64,000 nucleotides of DNA from Synechococcus sp. GTDB taxonomy: Bacteria > Cyanobacteriota > Cyanobacteriia > PCC-6307 > Cyanobiaceae. Both the position numbers and the translations under genes were made by a program. Position 1 is the first letter of the stretch; every line of letters starts with the position of its first letter. The stretch is from assembly GCA_047285805.1 (NCBI GenBank), contig JBJBCN010000002.1, positions 512,001-576,000 on the forward strand, in the 5' to 3' direction. Under the pieces are notes generated by a model. That model was not told where the DNA came from, searched no databases, and saw only the letters and a list, made by a program, of their open reading frames with translations. Positions 40,113 to 51,308 of the stretch are shown here, piece after piece.

Positions 40113-40925
40113 ATGTCCTTCGCGGCCCACCGTGCCCGCAAACGCTTTGGCCAGCACTGGTTGAAGGATCAGTCCGTGCTTGATCAGATCGTGCGGGCCG
40201 CTGAGCTGACCGCCGCGGACACCGTTCTGGAGGTGGGACCCGGTCGCGGAGCCCTGACGGAGCGGCTGCTGGATTCCGCCGCCAGCGCGGTTCATGCGGT
40301 GGAGCTGGATCGTGATTTGGTGGCAGGGCTTCAGGACCGCTTTGGCGCCAACCACCGCTTTGTGCTCACCGAAGGGGACGTTCTGGCCGTCGACCTGCCG
40401 GAGGCCACCGCCGTGGTCGCCAACATCCCGTACAACATCACAGGCCCTCTGCTGGAGCGCCTGGTGGGTCGCCTGGATCGCCCAGTGGCCGAGCCCTATC
40501 GACGCCTGGTCTTGTTGGTGCAGCAGGAGGTGGGAGAGCGGATTCGTTCCCGTCCCGGCAGCAGTGCCTTCTCAGCTCTAAGTGTGCGGATGCAGTTGTT
40601 AGCGCGCTGCAGCACGGTCTGCCCGGTCCCGCCTCGCTGCTTTCAACCGCCTCCGAAGGTGATGAGTGAGGTGGTGGCCCTCGATCCACTGCCTGTGGAG
40701 CAACGGCTGGATCCCGCCCTGGCCAAAACGGTGGAGATGCTTCTCAGGCGCTGCTTTGCTGCCCGCCGCAAGATGTTGCGCAACACACTCTCGGGTTTGG
40801 TGGATCCGGAGCAGCTGTTGGCCCTTACCGAGGAGGCGGAGATTGGCCTGCAGCAGCGTCCCCAGGAGGTGGCACCCGAGGATTGGGTGCGACTCGCGGC
40901 GGGCTTGAATCGGCTCACGTCCTAA
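40113..40925 (+). CDS. rsmA: 16S rRNA dimethyladenosine transferase
   Basis: [25 protein letters not shown]. Confidence 0.96.
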   Translation: MSFAAHRARKRFGQHWLKDQSVLDQIVRAAELTAADTVLEVGPGRGALTERLLDSAASAVHAVELDRDLVAGLQDRFGANHRFVLTEGDVLAVDLPEATAVVANIPYNITGPLLERLVGRLDRPVAEPYRRLVLLVQQEVGERIRSRPGSSAFSALSVRMQLLARCSTVCPVPPRCFQPPPKVMSEVVALDPLPVEQRLDPALAKTVEMLLRRCFAARRKMLRNTLSGLVDPEQLLALTEEAEIGLQQRPQEVAPEDWVRLAAGLNRLTS

Positions 40926-40941
40926 GCAACGCACCCTCGCC

Positions 40942-41874
40942 ATGGCAGAGCTGCAGGCCAGCGCCCCCGCCAAGATCAACCTGCATCTCGAGGTGCTCGG
41001 CCTGCGCCCCGACGGCTTTCACGAGCTGGCGATGGTGATGCAGACCTTGGATTTGGCCGACAGCCTCAGCCTGCGGCCCACGGCTGACGGGGCGGTGACC
41101 CTCCGCTGCGGATGTGCGGACCTGCCCACCGACGGCAACAACCTGATCGTTAAGGCGGCCGAGTTGATCAAACGACGGGTCGGCTTGCCTGAGCTGGGCG
41201 TTGCCATGGACTTGACGAAGCGCATTCCGATTGGCGCAGGTCTTGCGGGGGGCTCCAGCAATGGTGCAGCGGCCCTGGTGGGTCTAAACACTCTGTGGGG
41301 CTGTGGTTTCAGCAGCGCGCAGCTGGAGGCCATGGCCGCTGAGCTCGGCTCGGACATGCCCTTTTGCCTCGATGGTGGGACCCAGCTCTGCTTTGGCCGG
41401 GGAGAGGTCCTCGAAACCGCTGGCTTGGCCGAGCCGCCGGCTTTGGGGGTGCTGCTGATCAAGCATCCCGACGCGAGCGTCTCGACTCCCTGGGCCTATG
41501 AGCAGTGCCGTGAGCAATTCGGGGCGGACTACCTCTCGGGTGAGGAGGCCTTTGAGCAGCGCCGGCAGGCCCTGCGTCAAGCCCCCTTGCTCCAGGGCTT
41601 GAGCGGCAATGGGCCGCTTCCCGCCATACGCAATGACCTTCAGAAGGTGGTGGAGTCCGAGGTGACCAGTGTTCGAGAGGGCCTCTCGATCCTGCGGCGG
41701 GCCAACGGGGCGTTGGCGGTGGCCATGAGCGGTTCTGGGCCAAGCCTCTTCGCGGTGTTCCCCGATCGAGGGGGTGCGGATGCGGCCCAGAACCAGCTGG
41801 CTGAAGACCTGGCGGATGGCGGTTTCGAGTCCTGGGTCTGCCGCTGCACGGGCTCTGGTGCCACGCTGGTCTGA
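40942..41874 (+). CDS. ispE: 4-diphosphocytidyl-2-C-methyl-D-erythritol kinase
   Basis: [28 protein letters not shown]. Confidence 0.96.
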   Translation: MAELQASAPAKINLHLEVLGLRPDGFHELAMVMQTLDLADSLSLRPTADGAVTLRCGCADLPTDGNNLIVKAAELIKRRVGLPELGVAMDLTKRIPIGAGLAGGSSNGAAALVGLNTLWGCGFSSAQLEAMAAELGSDMPFCLDGGTQLCFGRGEVLETAGLAEPPALGVLLIKHPDASVSTPWAYEQCREQFGADYLSGEEAFEQRRQALRQAPLLQGLSGNGPLPAIRNDLQKVVESEVTSVREGLSILRRANGALAVAMSGSGPSLFAVFPDRGGADAAQNQLAEDLADGGFESWVCRCTGSGATLV

Positions 41875-41883
41875 GCGCATCCC

Positions 41884-42252
41884 GTGCAATCCCGCGTGAG
41901 TGAGACCGAGAGCGATAGCCAAGACCTCGCTAAGGCGGAGAAGGCCGGCGACGCGGCGGTCTCCACGAAGTCGCGCAAGGGGCCGATCAGCTTTCTAAGC
42001 GGTTCATTGACCAGCTTTGGACTGGGCTGGTTGGCGCTGCAGTTGGCCATCAAGGTGGTGGGTTATTACGCCGAACATCCGCCCACCTACGAGGCGCGCT
42101 TTGCCCAGAGCATTGCTGTGTTCATGAAGACCCTGGGGGTTGGCATGAGTTTTTTGGCGACGTTCACCTTTGCCTTCGTTGGCCTGGGGCTGTTTTTGAC
42201 ATTTATCCGCAGCCTCTTACCGGGTTGGAAACAGGCGGAAGAAACCCCCTAG
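41884..42252 (+). CDS. DUF3082-family membrane protein
   Basis: KGPISFLSGSLT...LATFTFAFVGLGL. Confidence 0.8.
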   Translation: MQSRVSETESDSQDLAKAEKAGDAAVSTKSRKGPISFLSGSLTSFGLGWLALQLAIKVVGYYAEHPPTYEARFAQSIAVFMKTLGVGMSFLATFTFAFVGLGLFLTFIRSLLPGWKQAEETP

Positions 42253-42424
42253 CCTTGGGCAACGGGCTGCCTTCCCTCGACATGACTGGCCACGATCTGC
42301 AGCTGCTTGTGTTGCTCCTTTCACCAGGAATGCTGTTGTCGGTGCTGTTGTTGCTGACCTTTGCCGCAGGCGGTTGAGATAGGTTGGCCCCACCCCGGAC
42401 CAGTGCCGGACCCGCTTTTCAACC

Positions 42425-43408
42425 GTGGCAGAGACCCTTCTCTTCAACGCCCTGCGTGAGGCCATCGACGAAGAGATGGCTAGTGATCCCCATGTCTGCG
42501 TGATGGGGGAAGACGTCGGTCAATACGGCGGTTCTTACAAGGTCACGAAGGACCTCTACGAGAAGTACGGCGAACTGCGGGTTCTGGATACCCCGATTGC
42601 GGAGAACGCTTTCACCGGCATGGCTGTCGGTGCCGCGATGACGGGCCTTAGGCCCATCGTCGAAGGCATGAACATGGGCTTCCTGCTGCTCGCGTTCAAC
42701 CAGATTTCAAACAACATGGGGATGCTCCGCTACACCAGTGGCGGCAACTTCACGATTCCCGCCGTGGTTCGCGGTCCCGGCGGCGTGGGCCGTCAGCTGG
42801 GCGCTGAGCACAGCCAGCGCCTCGAGGCCTACTTCCACGCGGTGCCGGGCATCAAGATAGTGGCGGTCAGCACCCCGACAAACGCCAAGGGCCTTATGAA
42901 GGCGGCGATTCGCGACAACAACCCCGTGCTGTTCTTCGAGCACGTGCTGCTTTACAACCTCTCGGAAGACATTCCGGAAGGTGACTACACCTGTTCCTTG
43001 GACCAGGCCGACTTGGTCAAGGAAGGCAGCGATGTCACGATCCTGACCTACTCCCGCATGCGCCAACACTGCCTGAAGGCCGTGGAGCACCTGGAGAAGG
43101 AGGGTGTCAGCGTTGAGTTGATCGACTTGATCAGTCTCAAGCCCTTCGACATGGAGACCATCTCCCGATCGATCCGCAAGACCCACAAGGTTTTGGTGGT
43201 CGAGGAGTGCATGAAGACCGGTGGTATCGGCGCTGAGTTGATCGCCCTGATTACCGAGCAGTGCTTCGACGATCTCGATGCTCGTCCGATCCGGTTGTCC
43301 TCCCAGGACATCCCGACTCCCTACAACGGCACTTTGGAAAACCTGACAATCATTCAGCCGCATCAGATCGTGGAAGCGGCCAAGGCGCTCAAGGCTGGCC
43401 AGGTCTGA
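42425..43408 (+). CDS. pdhB: pyruvate dehydrogenase E1 beta subunit
   Basis: [21 protein letters not shown]. Confidence 0.97.
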   Translation: MAETLLFNALREAIDEEMASDPHVCVMGEDVGQYGGSYKVTKDLYEKYGELRVLDTPIAENAFTGMAVGAAMTGLRPIVEGMNMGFLLLAFNQISNNMGMLRYTSGGNFTIPAVVRGPGGVGRQLGAEHSQRLEAYFHAVPGIKIVAVSTPTNAKGLMKAAIRDNNPVLFFEHVLLYNLSEDIPEGDYTCSLDQADLVKEGSDVTILTYSRMRQHCLKAVEHLEKEGVSVELIDLISLKPFDMETISRSIRKTHKVLVVEECMKTGGIGAELIALITEQCFDDLDARPIRLSSQDIPTPYNGTLENLTIIQPHQIVEAAKALKAGQV

Positions 43409-43409
43409 G

Positions 43410-44891
43410 ATGGCACGTCAACAGGGGTGGTTCGCCCTGATCTTGGCCCTGGCGTTTGCCGCAGGTGCCGCTCTGACTTCCTTTCCACTGCAACTGGGTT
43501 TGGATCTGCGTGGTGGTAGCCAATTGACTCTGCAAGTGATGCCGGCAGGCCCCATTGAGCGCGTCGAAAGCGAGCAGCTGGAGGCGGTGAAAGAAGTCTT
43601 AGATCGCCGCATCAATGGTCTTGGGGTGAGTGAAACCACGTTGCAGACCATTGGGGAAGATCGCCTCTTGCTCCAGATGCCCGGTGAACAGGACCCGAGC
43701 CGTGCGGCGAAGGTTCTCGGCACGACAGCTCTGCTGGAGTTTCGGGGCCAGAAACCTGGCACCGAGCAAGAAATGAGCGGTTTGCTCAAGCTCAAGCGGC
43801 AGGCCCAAGCCGTCTTAAATCTGCGTCGCTCCAAGGATCAAGAGCAGGCCAAAGCGGCTGATCTGGATGTAGAGGGTCTGACCCAGCTCCTGAAGGATGC
43901 AGGAGTCAGCGCCCCGGCCGGCAGCAGCGAGACCGACCAGTTGGAGCTGCTCCTTGCAGCAGTCAACACAAAGATTGTTGACCTCTATGAACCTGCCGCC
44001 CTGACCGGTAAGGATCTCACCGGTGCTGGTCGGCAACAGAACCAGTCGGGTAGTGCCTGGGACGTCACCTTGAGCTTTAACACCGAGGGTGGCCGCAAGT
44101 TCGCCCAACTCACTCAAGGCATTGCTGGCAGTGGCCGTCTGTTGGGAATCGTTTTGGACGGCCGCTCGATCAGTGAAGCAAGTGTCGGCCCTGAGTTCAA
44201 GCCCGCTGGCATCAGCGGGGGCGCCGCGACCATCACGGGCAACTTCAGCGCTGAGGCGGCGCGTGATCTGGAGGTTCAGCTCCGGGGCGGCTCCCTGCCT
44301 TTGCCCGTGGAAGTGATCGAGCAGCGCACCATTGGAGCCACCCTCGGCAGCGAGAATGTCCAACGCAGCCTGAAGGCGGCCCTGCTAGGTCTCGCCCTGG
44401 TCGCCTTCTTCATGGTGGGCTTCTATCGCCTTCCTGGTGCTGTTGCCGTGTTGGCCCTGGGGCTCTACGCACTGTTCAACCTGGCTATGTACGCGCTGAT
44501 CCCGGTCACTCTGACTCTGCCTGGGATTGCTGGTTTCATCCTCTCGATCGGCATCGCTGTGGATGCCAACGTCCTGATCTTTGAGCGGATCAAAGAAGAA
44601 TTACGCCTCGGCAACACCCTCATCCGCTCCATCGATGCAGGCTTCTCCTTGGCCTTCTCTTCGATCCTTGATGGCCATATCACTGGTTTGATTAGCTGCG
44701 TGGCCCTCTTTGCACTCGGCAGCGGTCTTGTCAAAGGCTTTGCCGTCACCTTGGGCATCGGTTTGGTGCTGAGCCTATTCACGGCATTGACGTGCACCCG
44801 CACCCTCTTGCGCCTGCTGATGGGTTATCCCTCCCTGCGCCGCTCCAGCTACTTCCTGCAACAGTCTCAGCTGCCCGCCCAGGCCTCCTGA
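43410..44891 (+). CDS. secD: protein translocase subunit SecD
   Basis: LGLDLRGG, GIAVDANVLIFERIKEE. Confidence 0.96.
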   Translation: MARQQGWFALILALAFAAGAALTSFPLQLGLDLRGGSQLTLQVMPAGPIERVESEQLEAVKEVLDRRINGLGVSETTLQTIGEDRLLLQMPGEQDPSRAAKVLGTTALLEFRGQKPGTEQEMSGLLKLKRQAQAVLNLRRSKDQEQAKAADLDVEGLTQLLKDAGVSAPAGSSETDQLELLLAAVNTKIVDLYEPAALTGKDLTGAGRQQNQSGSAWDVTLSFNTEGGRKFAQLTQGIAGSGRLLGIVLDGRSISEASVGPEFKPAGISGGAATITGNFSAEAARDLEVQLRGGSLPLPVEVIEQRTIGATLGSENVQRSLKAALLGLALVAFFMVGFYRLPGAVAVLALGLYALFNLAMYALIPVTLTLPGIAGFILSIGIAVDANVLIFERIKEELRLGNTLIRSIDAGFSLAFSSILDGHITGLISCVALFALGSGLVKGFAVTLGIGLVLSLFTALTCTRTLLRLLMGYPSLRRSSYFLQQSQLPAQAS

Positions 44892-45868
44892 TGTCAGACC
44901 CTTCGACCGCCGTGGCTGCAACCGCTCCTCGCTTTCGGATCAGCCGCATCCGCCGTCAGGGCTGGCTTGCCTCCGGCCTCGCTGTGTTGCTCAGTGTTAT
45001 GGGCATGGTGCTCTGCTGGACCAACCCTCGCATTGCCGCACCGCTGAAGCCCGGTTTGGACTTCACCGGCGGTACCCAGATAGAGATCCAGCGCAGCTGC
45101 ATGGGCCCAGACTGCTCAGGTCTAAAAGCTGCCGCAGTCCGTCAGAAACTGCGTGCATTGACTTTGCCCGAGATCGGCGGCCAAGCGGCGCCCCAGCTTG
45201 TCAATGCCGGCGTTCAGGTTCTGGATGGGGGCCGTTCCGTCGACCTGCGTCTTCCGGATCTTGAGCCGGAGCAGAGCCAAGCAATGATTGCGGGTCTGGT
45301 TCGCGTCATAGGGCCAATCCACCTTGACCAGGTCTCAATCAACACCATTGGACCCACTCTTGGATCTGAGCTTCTCAAGGGGAGCTTGATTTCCTTATTG
45401 GTGAGCTTTGCCGCTATCTCGGTTTACATCAGATTCCGTTACGACGATGTCTTTGCCGGCTTGGCCCTGTTGTGTCTGGCCCATGACATCGTCATCACCT
45501 GCGGCGTTTTCGCTTGGTTGGGTTTGATCAGCGGCATCGAGGTCAATTCACTCTTTGCTGTGGCTCTGATCACAGTGGCCGGTTACTCCATCAACGACAC
45601 CGTGGTGGTCTTTGACCGCATCCGTGAGCAAAAACGCGCCTTGCAGGGGCTGAGCCTCCAGGACCAGGTGGACGTGGCCGTGGATGCCACCTTGACCCGC
45701 TCGCTGTACACGTCTTTTACTACCCTCCTACCGCTGGTGTCCCTTCTGCTCTTCGGTGGGAGCAGCCTCTTCTGGTTTGCTGTGGCACTGACCATCGGTA
45801 TCGGTGTCGGCAGTTGGTCGAGCATTGGGATTGCCCCGACCTTGTACTCGGTTCTCTCGCGTCGATGA
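44891..45868 (+). CDS. secF: protein translocase subunit SecF
   Basis: GLDFTGGT, GYSINDTVVVFDRIRE. Confidence 0.96.
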   Translation: MSDPSTAVAATAPRFRISRIRRQGWLASGLAVLLSVMGMVLCWTNPRIAAPLKPGLDFTGGTQIEIQRSCMGPDCSGLKAAAVRQKLRALTLPEIGGQAAPQLVNAGVQVLDGGRSVDLRLPDLEPEQSQAMIAGLVRVIGPIHLDQVSINTIGPTLGSELLKGSLISLLVSFAAISVYIRFRYDDVFAGLALLCLAHDIVITCGVFAWLGLISGIEVNSLFAVALITVAGYSINDTVVVFDRIREQKRALQGLSLQDQVDVAVDATLTRSLYTSFTTLLPLVSLLLFGGSSLFWFAVALTIGIGVGSWSSIGIAPTLYSVLSRR

Positions 45869-46062
45869 CCCGCCGCATCCCCTTGGTGCCGCTGCTGCTC
45901 GCAGCAATAGCCCTTTGGGATCTGCGCTCTGAGCTTCAGCTTCTGGCCGAGCATTTCACTTGGATCAGCCTGCTCACGATTCCCCGCTACCACCTGCTGG
46001 CGGTGAGTGTGCTGCTGTTGACGCCAACCCTCATTCGTCAAATCAGAGCCCAGCGGCGATAA
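45865..46062 (+). CDS. small membrane protein
   Basis: ATGA-coupled to secF; two hydrophobic segments. Confidence 0.6.
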   Translation: MTRRIPLVPLLLAAIALWDLRSELQLLAEHFTWISLLTIPRYHLLAVSVLLLTPTLIRQIRAQRR

Positions 46063-46745
46063 CAAATCCCATAGTGCTGAGCATCGCTTATTCGCTGAAG
46101 CTCAAAATCCCTAGGGGCGTTTTGCTGTTCCCGCCGACACAAGCACAGTTCAGAGCCAGTTTGTCTACACAAACGGCATTTAGGACCGAGATAATTCCGG
46201 GAATGCCAACTATGAGTGCGACCCAGCCTGCTAGGGGGACTGCCGGGTTCGTCAAGAAACCCAGGTCAACCAGTAATCCCACGCTTGGGTAAACCTTCGC
46301 CCAATTTCGCCAACGCTGGATGATGAGGTCGTACTTGCTTAAGCTCTCGGCAAAGCTGCTGATGTCCATCAGCTTCAGGATGACCAGCACGCAAATAGAC
46401 AACCACTTGAAGTGTCGAAGGATCGAGCCTTCGAGTACCAACGCGATCAGCAATGTGCTGCCAAAGACAGCGAGCACTGGGGTGTAGGAATACTCGACGG
46501 ACTCAGCCTCCTCTCCGGGTCGCTTGGCTAAGTTGCCATAGCCATCGATGCGTTCATCACGGGAAAAAACTTGCGGAGTTGTTGTCACCCGGTGAGCCTG
46601 TTTAAACGCGTCAACCGCCACTGATGTTGTGAGGAGATGATCGTCGAAAAGAATTCCCTTCGCTTGCAGCAAGTCACGCGCTTCAGTCCAAACGGGCAGT
46701 CGTGCACTAGCGTCGACAAGCGGTATAACAAACGCCCTCAAGATT
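46045..46745 (-). pseudogene. glutaredoxin plus MauE/DoxX-family membrane protein, degraded
   Basis: YRLSTLVHDCPFGLK sits in a shifted frame; then TTTPQVF, YTPVLAVF, LKLMD..SF...YDL, NCACVGGNSKTPLG; premature TAA at 46088-46090. Confidence 0.75.
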
Positions 46746-46865
46746 GTGACGGCGATGCACCGGTGCCTTGCCTCACTACACGGAAGCTAGAAATCGTCTG
46801 CAAGTTCGACAACCCCACTGCTTGCTATCACAGGCTCCTGGGCTGGGATGAAATCGCAAGGACGA

Positions 46866-47867
46866 TCAAGTCCACTTGTCCATGACCTGCTCCACCAGCA
46901 CCCGTTGGGAGAAGACTTGAAGCACCACCACCAGCGGCAGGGCGAGCAGTACACCGGGAAGTCCCAGCAGAGCCCCGAGGCTCAACTGGGACATTAGGGC
47001 CACGGTGGGCAGGAGGTTGACCGTTCTGCTCAGCAAGAGAGGGGTGAGCAGAAAGGCTTCGCCGTTCTGCAGCACCAAACGCAGCACGATCACCTGAACC
47101 GCAAGGGTCGGTGAGATCAACAACGAGACCCCCACGGGCAACAGGCTGGCCAGGGTTGGGCCGATGGTGGGAACAAAGGTGAGCAGGCCGCAGATCAGGC
47201 CGCTCAACAGCGCCAATGGCACCTTCAGGGCCGCCAGCCCCGCCCAGGTCAGAAGGAAGACCACGGAGGCGGAGAGGGTCATCCCCGCCAGCCAGCCGCC
47301 CAGGGCCTGGCGGCTTTCCGTGAGCAGGTTGTGCACCAAGGCGCGGCTGTGGGCGGGCATCAGCGCCAAGGCCAAGCGCTGGTGACTGCGGGGATCGAGC
47401 ACCAACAGGATCGCTAGCAGTCCCATCAGCAGTAGGATCACGGTGCCACTTGCGGCGCCGCCGGCGACCCCCAGCAGTTGGGCGCCAATGGGCTGCAGCT
47501 TGTCGATGGTGAGCAGCTCTGACAGTTGGCTTCCGAGTCCCTTCAGCACGCTTACTCCGCCGATCAGTTCGGCAAGCCGCGCAATCAAGGCCGGCACCAG
47601 TTGGGTCAGTTGGTTGAGCTGTTCCAGCAGTTCAGGCAAGAGAAGTTCGGCGAGCTGCCAGCTCAACAGGCTGAGCAACACCAGTACCGCCAGTAGGGCC
47701 TGCGGACGGCTCAGCCGAACAACCCTCCGCAGCCAGCTCACTGGCACATCTAAGGCGACGGCGAGCACCACGGCGCCAAATAGCATCATCAGCACCCATC
47801 GCAGTTCCCAGGCCAAAAGCCCAAGGACCACCAGGGAGAGCAGCAGCAGCAAGCCCCTAGGTGTCAT
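46866..47867 (-). CDS. AI-2E family transporter
   Basis: Multi-TM protein; FVPTIGP. Confidence 0.88.
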   Translation of the reverse strand: MTPRGLLLLLSLVVLGLLAWELRWVLMMLFGAVVLAVALDVPVSWLRRVVRLSRPQALLAVLVLLSLLSWQLAELLLPELLEQLNQLTQLVPALIARLAELIGGVSVLKGLGSQLSELLTIDKLQPIGAQLLGVAGGAASGTVILLLMGLLAILLVLDPRSHQRLALALMPAHSRALVHNLLTESRQALGGWLAGMTLSASVVFLLTWAGLAALKVPLALLSGLICGLLTFVPTIGPTLASLLPVGVSLLISPTLAVQVIVLRLVLQNGEAFLLTPLLLSRTVNLLPTVALMSQLSLGALLGLPGVLLALPLVVVLQVFSQRVLVEQVMDKWT

Positions 47868-48922
47868 GGCCGATCATCCATGGCTGGCTCCCAACCGTTA
47901 AGGACGTCCTGGATCAGCACCTCACGGATGATCACCTGCAGGCAGACCGCGAGCGGCAGGGCTAAGAGCAGGCCCAACGGACCAAAGATGACCGTAAACA
48001 GAAACTGCGCGATCAAGGTCAGCCCCGGCAACAACTTGACCTGGTGGTGCATGACCGACGGAGTGATCAGGTAACTTTCGATGTGCTGGATGACGACATA
48101 GAGCAGCAAGACAAACAACGCCTTCACTGGTGAATCCAGCAGCGCCACCGACATCGGGAAGACTGTGCTGAGGGTGGGGCCGATGTTGGGAATGACGTTC
48201 AACAGCGCCGCTAAGAGGGCATTGGCCGCCACCAACTTCACGCCAAGCAGCGAGAGGCCAATGGCCGCCAAAACACCAACGCAGAACGAACTGATCAGCA
48301 ATCCAGCCATCCAGCTGCTCAAGGCCTCACCGCAGAAGGTGAGAACCTCGCGGAATCGACGTCGATAAAAAGAAGGCACCAGGAGGATTGCGATTTCCCG
48401 GTAGGCCTTTGGCTGTATTGCCATCATTAAAGTGACGGCGACAACAAACAACAACTCCACCAGGCCACTGCTGAGATTGCCCGCTACGCCGAGCAGCTTC
48501 AGCAGGCCATCCGTGGGATCCAGGCTGGCGCTGCCTTGGTTTTGCCAGCTCTGATGCAACCACTCCAGGGCCTTACGCCCGTAGAGCATTTGGCTGCTCT
48601 GATCGAGGCTTTCGCGTAGCAGCTGCATGGCCACCTGCAGGGCGGCGGGTAGTTGCTTGAGCAGCTCCTGAAATTCGGCGATGAAGGGAGGAATGACCAC
48701 CGCCGTGGTCAGAATCGCCATCAGCAGCAAACCTCCAAGACTGAGCGAGAGCGCAACGGGGCGGTTGCAGCGCATTCGCTCTTGCGTGACACCCACCAAC
48801 GTGCAGATCGCCATGGCGAGCACCACGGCTGCAAAAACAAGGATTAGGACCTCGCGTAGGGACCACAGCAGCAGCACCGCAGCTGCTGTGGCGATCAATC
48901 CGAGCCACTGGCCGAATCTCAA
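47864..48922 (-). CDS. AI-2E family transporter
   Basis: NVIPNIGP, IQHIESYLITP. Confidence 0.9.
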   Translation of the reverse strand: MRFGQWLGLIATAAAVLLLWSLREVLILVFAAVVLAMAICTLVGVTQERMRCNRPVALSLSLGGLLLMAILTTAVVIPPFIAEFQELLKQLPAALQVAMQLLRESLDQSSQMLYGRKALEWLHQSWQNQGSASLDPTDGLLKLLGVAGNLSSGLVELLFVVAVTLMMAIQPKAYREIAILLVPSFYRRRFREVLTFCGEALSSWMAGLLISSFCVGVLAAIGLSLLGVKLVAANALLAALLNVIPNIGPTLSTVFPMSVALLDSPVKALFVLLLYVVIQHIESYLITPSVMHHQVKLLPGLTLIAQFLFTVIFGPLGLLLALPLAVCLQVIIREVLIQDVLNGWEPAMDDRP

Positions 48923-48971
48923 AGGGGGAGGCCGACTCGTGTTGTTTTAGCGCCGATTGCGGCACTTCAAT

Positions 48972-49340
48972 TCAGTTGGCGTCTCCTTCGCCAGCGTCTT
49001 CGTTTTTCTTTTGAGCAAATCCCAGGTCATTGGCTTGGGCGTAGCGCTCCGCAAAACGCATAAAGCGCTCGAAGTCTTCGGTGGTTTTCCAGGTGTAAGT
49101 GGCTTCCAGGCCGGCTGGTTTGCCATTCACGAACTTCGCATTGACATCACGGGTCACCATCTGCCCTTCTTCATCGACCATGTACATGCCGCCGATGTCA
49201 GCCATGCTCTCGGGGGAGAGGGCTTGGGGCTGATCGAACACGAAGATCGCCTGACCGGTACGGCCATCGCGCGAACGGGTCATCCGGATGTCGGGCACGA
49301 CCGGCTCATCCACACCGGGGAAAAACTGGATCGCGGCCAT
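48972..49340 (-). CDS. psb28: photosystem II assembly protein Psb28
   Basis: [33 protein letters not shown]. Confidence 0.95.
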   Translation of the reverse strand: MAAIQFFPGVDEPVVPDIRMTRSRDGRTGQAIFVFDQPQALSPESMADIGGMYMVDEEGQMVTRDVNAKFVNGKPAGLEATYTWKTTEDFERFMRFAERYAQANDLGFAQKKNEDAGEGDAN

Positions 49341-49364
49341 CGCCCGTCGTCGTAAAGGCCGATC

Positions 49365-50426
49365 CTAGTGATGCTGCTCGGCCGTTCTGGTGGCGACACC
49401 GCTCTCGATCAGCTGATCGGCAACCGCTGCCGCCGATAGCCCTGCCAAATCCCGCGGTTCCCTTTGATTCAGAGCCTCCTCCTGTCCATGGCGCTCCAGC
49501 TCATGGTCGTAGCAGCGGTCGTAGTAGTCGAGCATTTGGGCGCAGGCTCCATGCCAGTCCCGCAGGGCGATCGCCTCAAGGGCTGTGCTGGTTCGCTGAG
49601 GGCCTAAGCGCCGTGCAATGCGTTGGGTGGCTTCAGCAAGAGCTTCCGGGTCCTGGACGCCGTAGACCTCGACGAGTTGATCGAGACGCTCCTCCATGGG
49701 GCGGGTGATCTCCAGCAGTGGTGCCGCTTGCATCTGCCGCCAGAGCCCGGCTGGGATGCGGCAGCGCCCCACTTGAACGCTTTCTGCTTCAAGCCAGATT
49801 TGGGGCGCCGCGCGCTGCTCATCCAGCACTGCTGCGATCCGATTCTCAAAGGCCTCTGTGCTCGGTTGAGCGGGCAGACCCAGTCCGCCGAAGCTGCTGC
49901 CGCGGTGATGGGCCAGTCCCTCCAGGTCCACGATGGCAACTCCCCGCTCCGCTAGTGCCACCAGAAGATCTGTTTTACCGGTCCCCGTCCGTCCGCCTAG
50001 CAGGCGGATCGGCCAGGGTTGCTCCATCAGGGCTAGAACCCAGCGCCGGTAGCTCTTGTAGCCGCCCTCCAAGACAACGGCCTCAAGGTCGAGGGTCTTA
50101 GCGAGCCAGGCCATGCTGCCCGAGCGCATTCCTCCTCGCCAGCAGTGGATCCTCAGCGGTTGGCCTGGGCACTGGCTGCTCCAGTCCTGCAAGGTTTCTC
50201 CAAGGAGCGCCAATTTCGGCCCCACCAGGGAGAGCCCGAGCTGCACCGCTGCGGTCCGCCCTTCCTGTTTGTAGGTCGTTCCGACTTCGGCGCGCTCGAG
50301 GTCGCTAAATAGAGGCAGATTCTTGGAGCCTGGGATGTGTCCTTTTTCAAATTCCCCCGGTGAACGCACATCCACGACGGGGCCTTGGCTTTTTAGGAAG
50401 GCCTCAATGGATTGCCGGTCAGCCAT
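49365..50426 (-). CDS. mnmH: tRNA 2-selenouridine synthase
   Basis: Rhodanese DVRSPGEF, CWRGGMRS, P-loop GRTGTGKT, HHRGSSFG. Confidence 0.93.
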   Translation of the reverse strand: MADRQSIEAFLKSQGPVVDVRSPGEFEKGHIPGSKNLPLFSDLERAEVGTTYKQEGRTAAVQLGLSLVGPKLALLGETLQDWSSQCPGQPLRIHCWRGGMRSGSMAWLAKTLDLEAVVLEGGYKSYRRWVLALMEQPWPIRLLGGRTGTGKTDLLVALAERGVAIVDLEGLAHHRGSSFGGLGLPAQPSTEAFENRIAAVLDEQRAAPQIWLEAESVQVGRCRIPAGLWRQMQAAPLLEITRPMEERLDQLVEVYGVQDPEALAEATQRIARRLGPQRTSTALEAIALRDWHGACAQMLDYYDRCYDHELERHGQEEALNQREPRDLAGLSAAAVADQLIESGVATRTAEQHH

Positions 50427-50523
50427 GGCGTTGATCCTGGTGGGGTCCCTAGCCGCTAGTCGACTGCAATGCCTGACATAGTGGGCCAGCGCTGTCAGGC
50501 CAGCGTTAGGTCAGCCCTTTTCT

Positions 50524-51246
50524 ATGCTTTCTGGTCCACCCGTCACCACCACCCTCAGCGCTGACCAGTTGATTGAGCGCTTCATCAGCAGCGCTCCGCG
50601 TCAGCGCCGCAAGCTGCTGCCTCAGGTCCTGAAGCGCAGCAGTGAATGCCGCCCATTGATTTTTGGTCAGATCGACCGCTGGGATGCCACGGGAGACGAT
50701 TGGGCCTGCGGCACCTTGATCCAGCTGCTGGTCGCCGAAGAGGATGCGCTCTGCGAGGCTTTTTGGGCTCGCTATCCCGAGGGCTGGCTGTCCGTCACCA
50801 GCGGCCAAGGGCTGAGCTACAACGCTCTACAACAGGCTTTGATTTGCCAGGACTTTGAGGAAGCGGATCGTCTTACCAGCGAGTACCTCCGCCAGTTAGC
50901 TGGTTCGGCTGCAGAGAACCGGGGCTACGTTTACTACTCCGAGGTCCCCCCTATATCCTCCGTCGACCTCCAAACCCTCGATCGCCTCTGGGTGACGTTC
51001 TCCCAGGGTCGGTTTGGTTTTTCCGTTCAATTGCGCTTGCTGCGCAGCTTGGGCAATCGCTGGGAGCAGCTCTGGCCCCGGATTGGCTGGAAGCAGGCTG
51101 GCATTTGGACCCGCTACCCCAAAGCCTTCACCTGGTCACTGGAAGCTCCCGAGGGCCACATGCCCCTCGTCAACCAATTGCGTGGAGTGCGCCTCATGGA
51201 CGCCCTGCTCTCCCATCCTGGGGTGCAACAACGCATTCCGTCCTGA
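50524..51246 (+). CDS. GUN4-domain protein (Ycf53)
   Basis: DFEEADRLT, DRLW..FSQGRFGFSVQ, APEGHMP. Confidence 0.9.
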   Translation: MLSGPPVTTTLSADQLIERFISSAPRQRRKLLPQVLKRSSECRPLIFGQIDRWDATGDDWACGTLIQLLVAEEDALCEAFWARYPEGWLSVTSGQGLSYNALQQALICQDFEEADRLTSEYLRQLAGSAAENRGYVYYSEVPPISSVDLQTLDRLWVTFSQGRFGFSVQLRLLRSLGNRWEQLWPRIGWKQAGIWTRYPKAFTWSLEAPEGHMPLVNQLRGVRLMDALLSHPGVQQRIPS

Positions 51247-51308
51247 AGCGCGCTACCGCACTCAGGGGTAGGGTCGATTGAACCGCTGTTTCCCCTGCTT
51301 GGGGCTCC

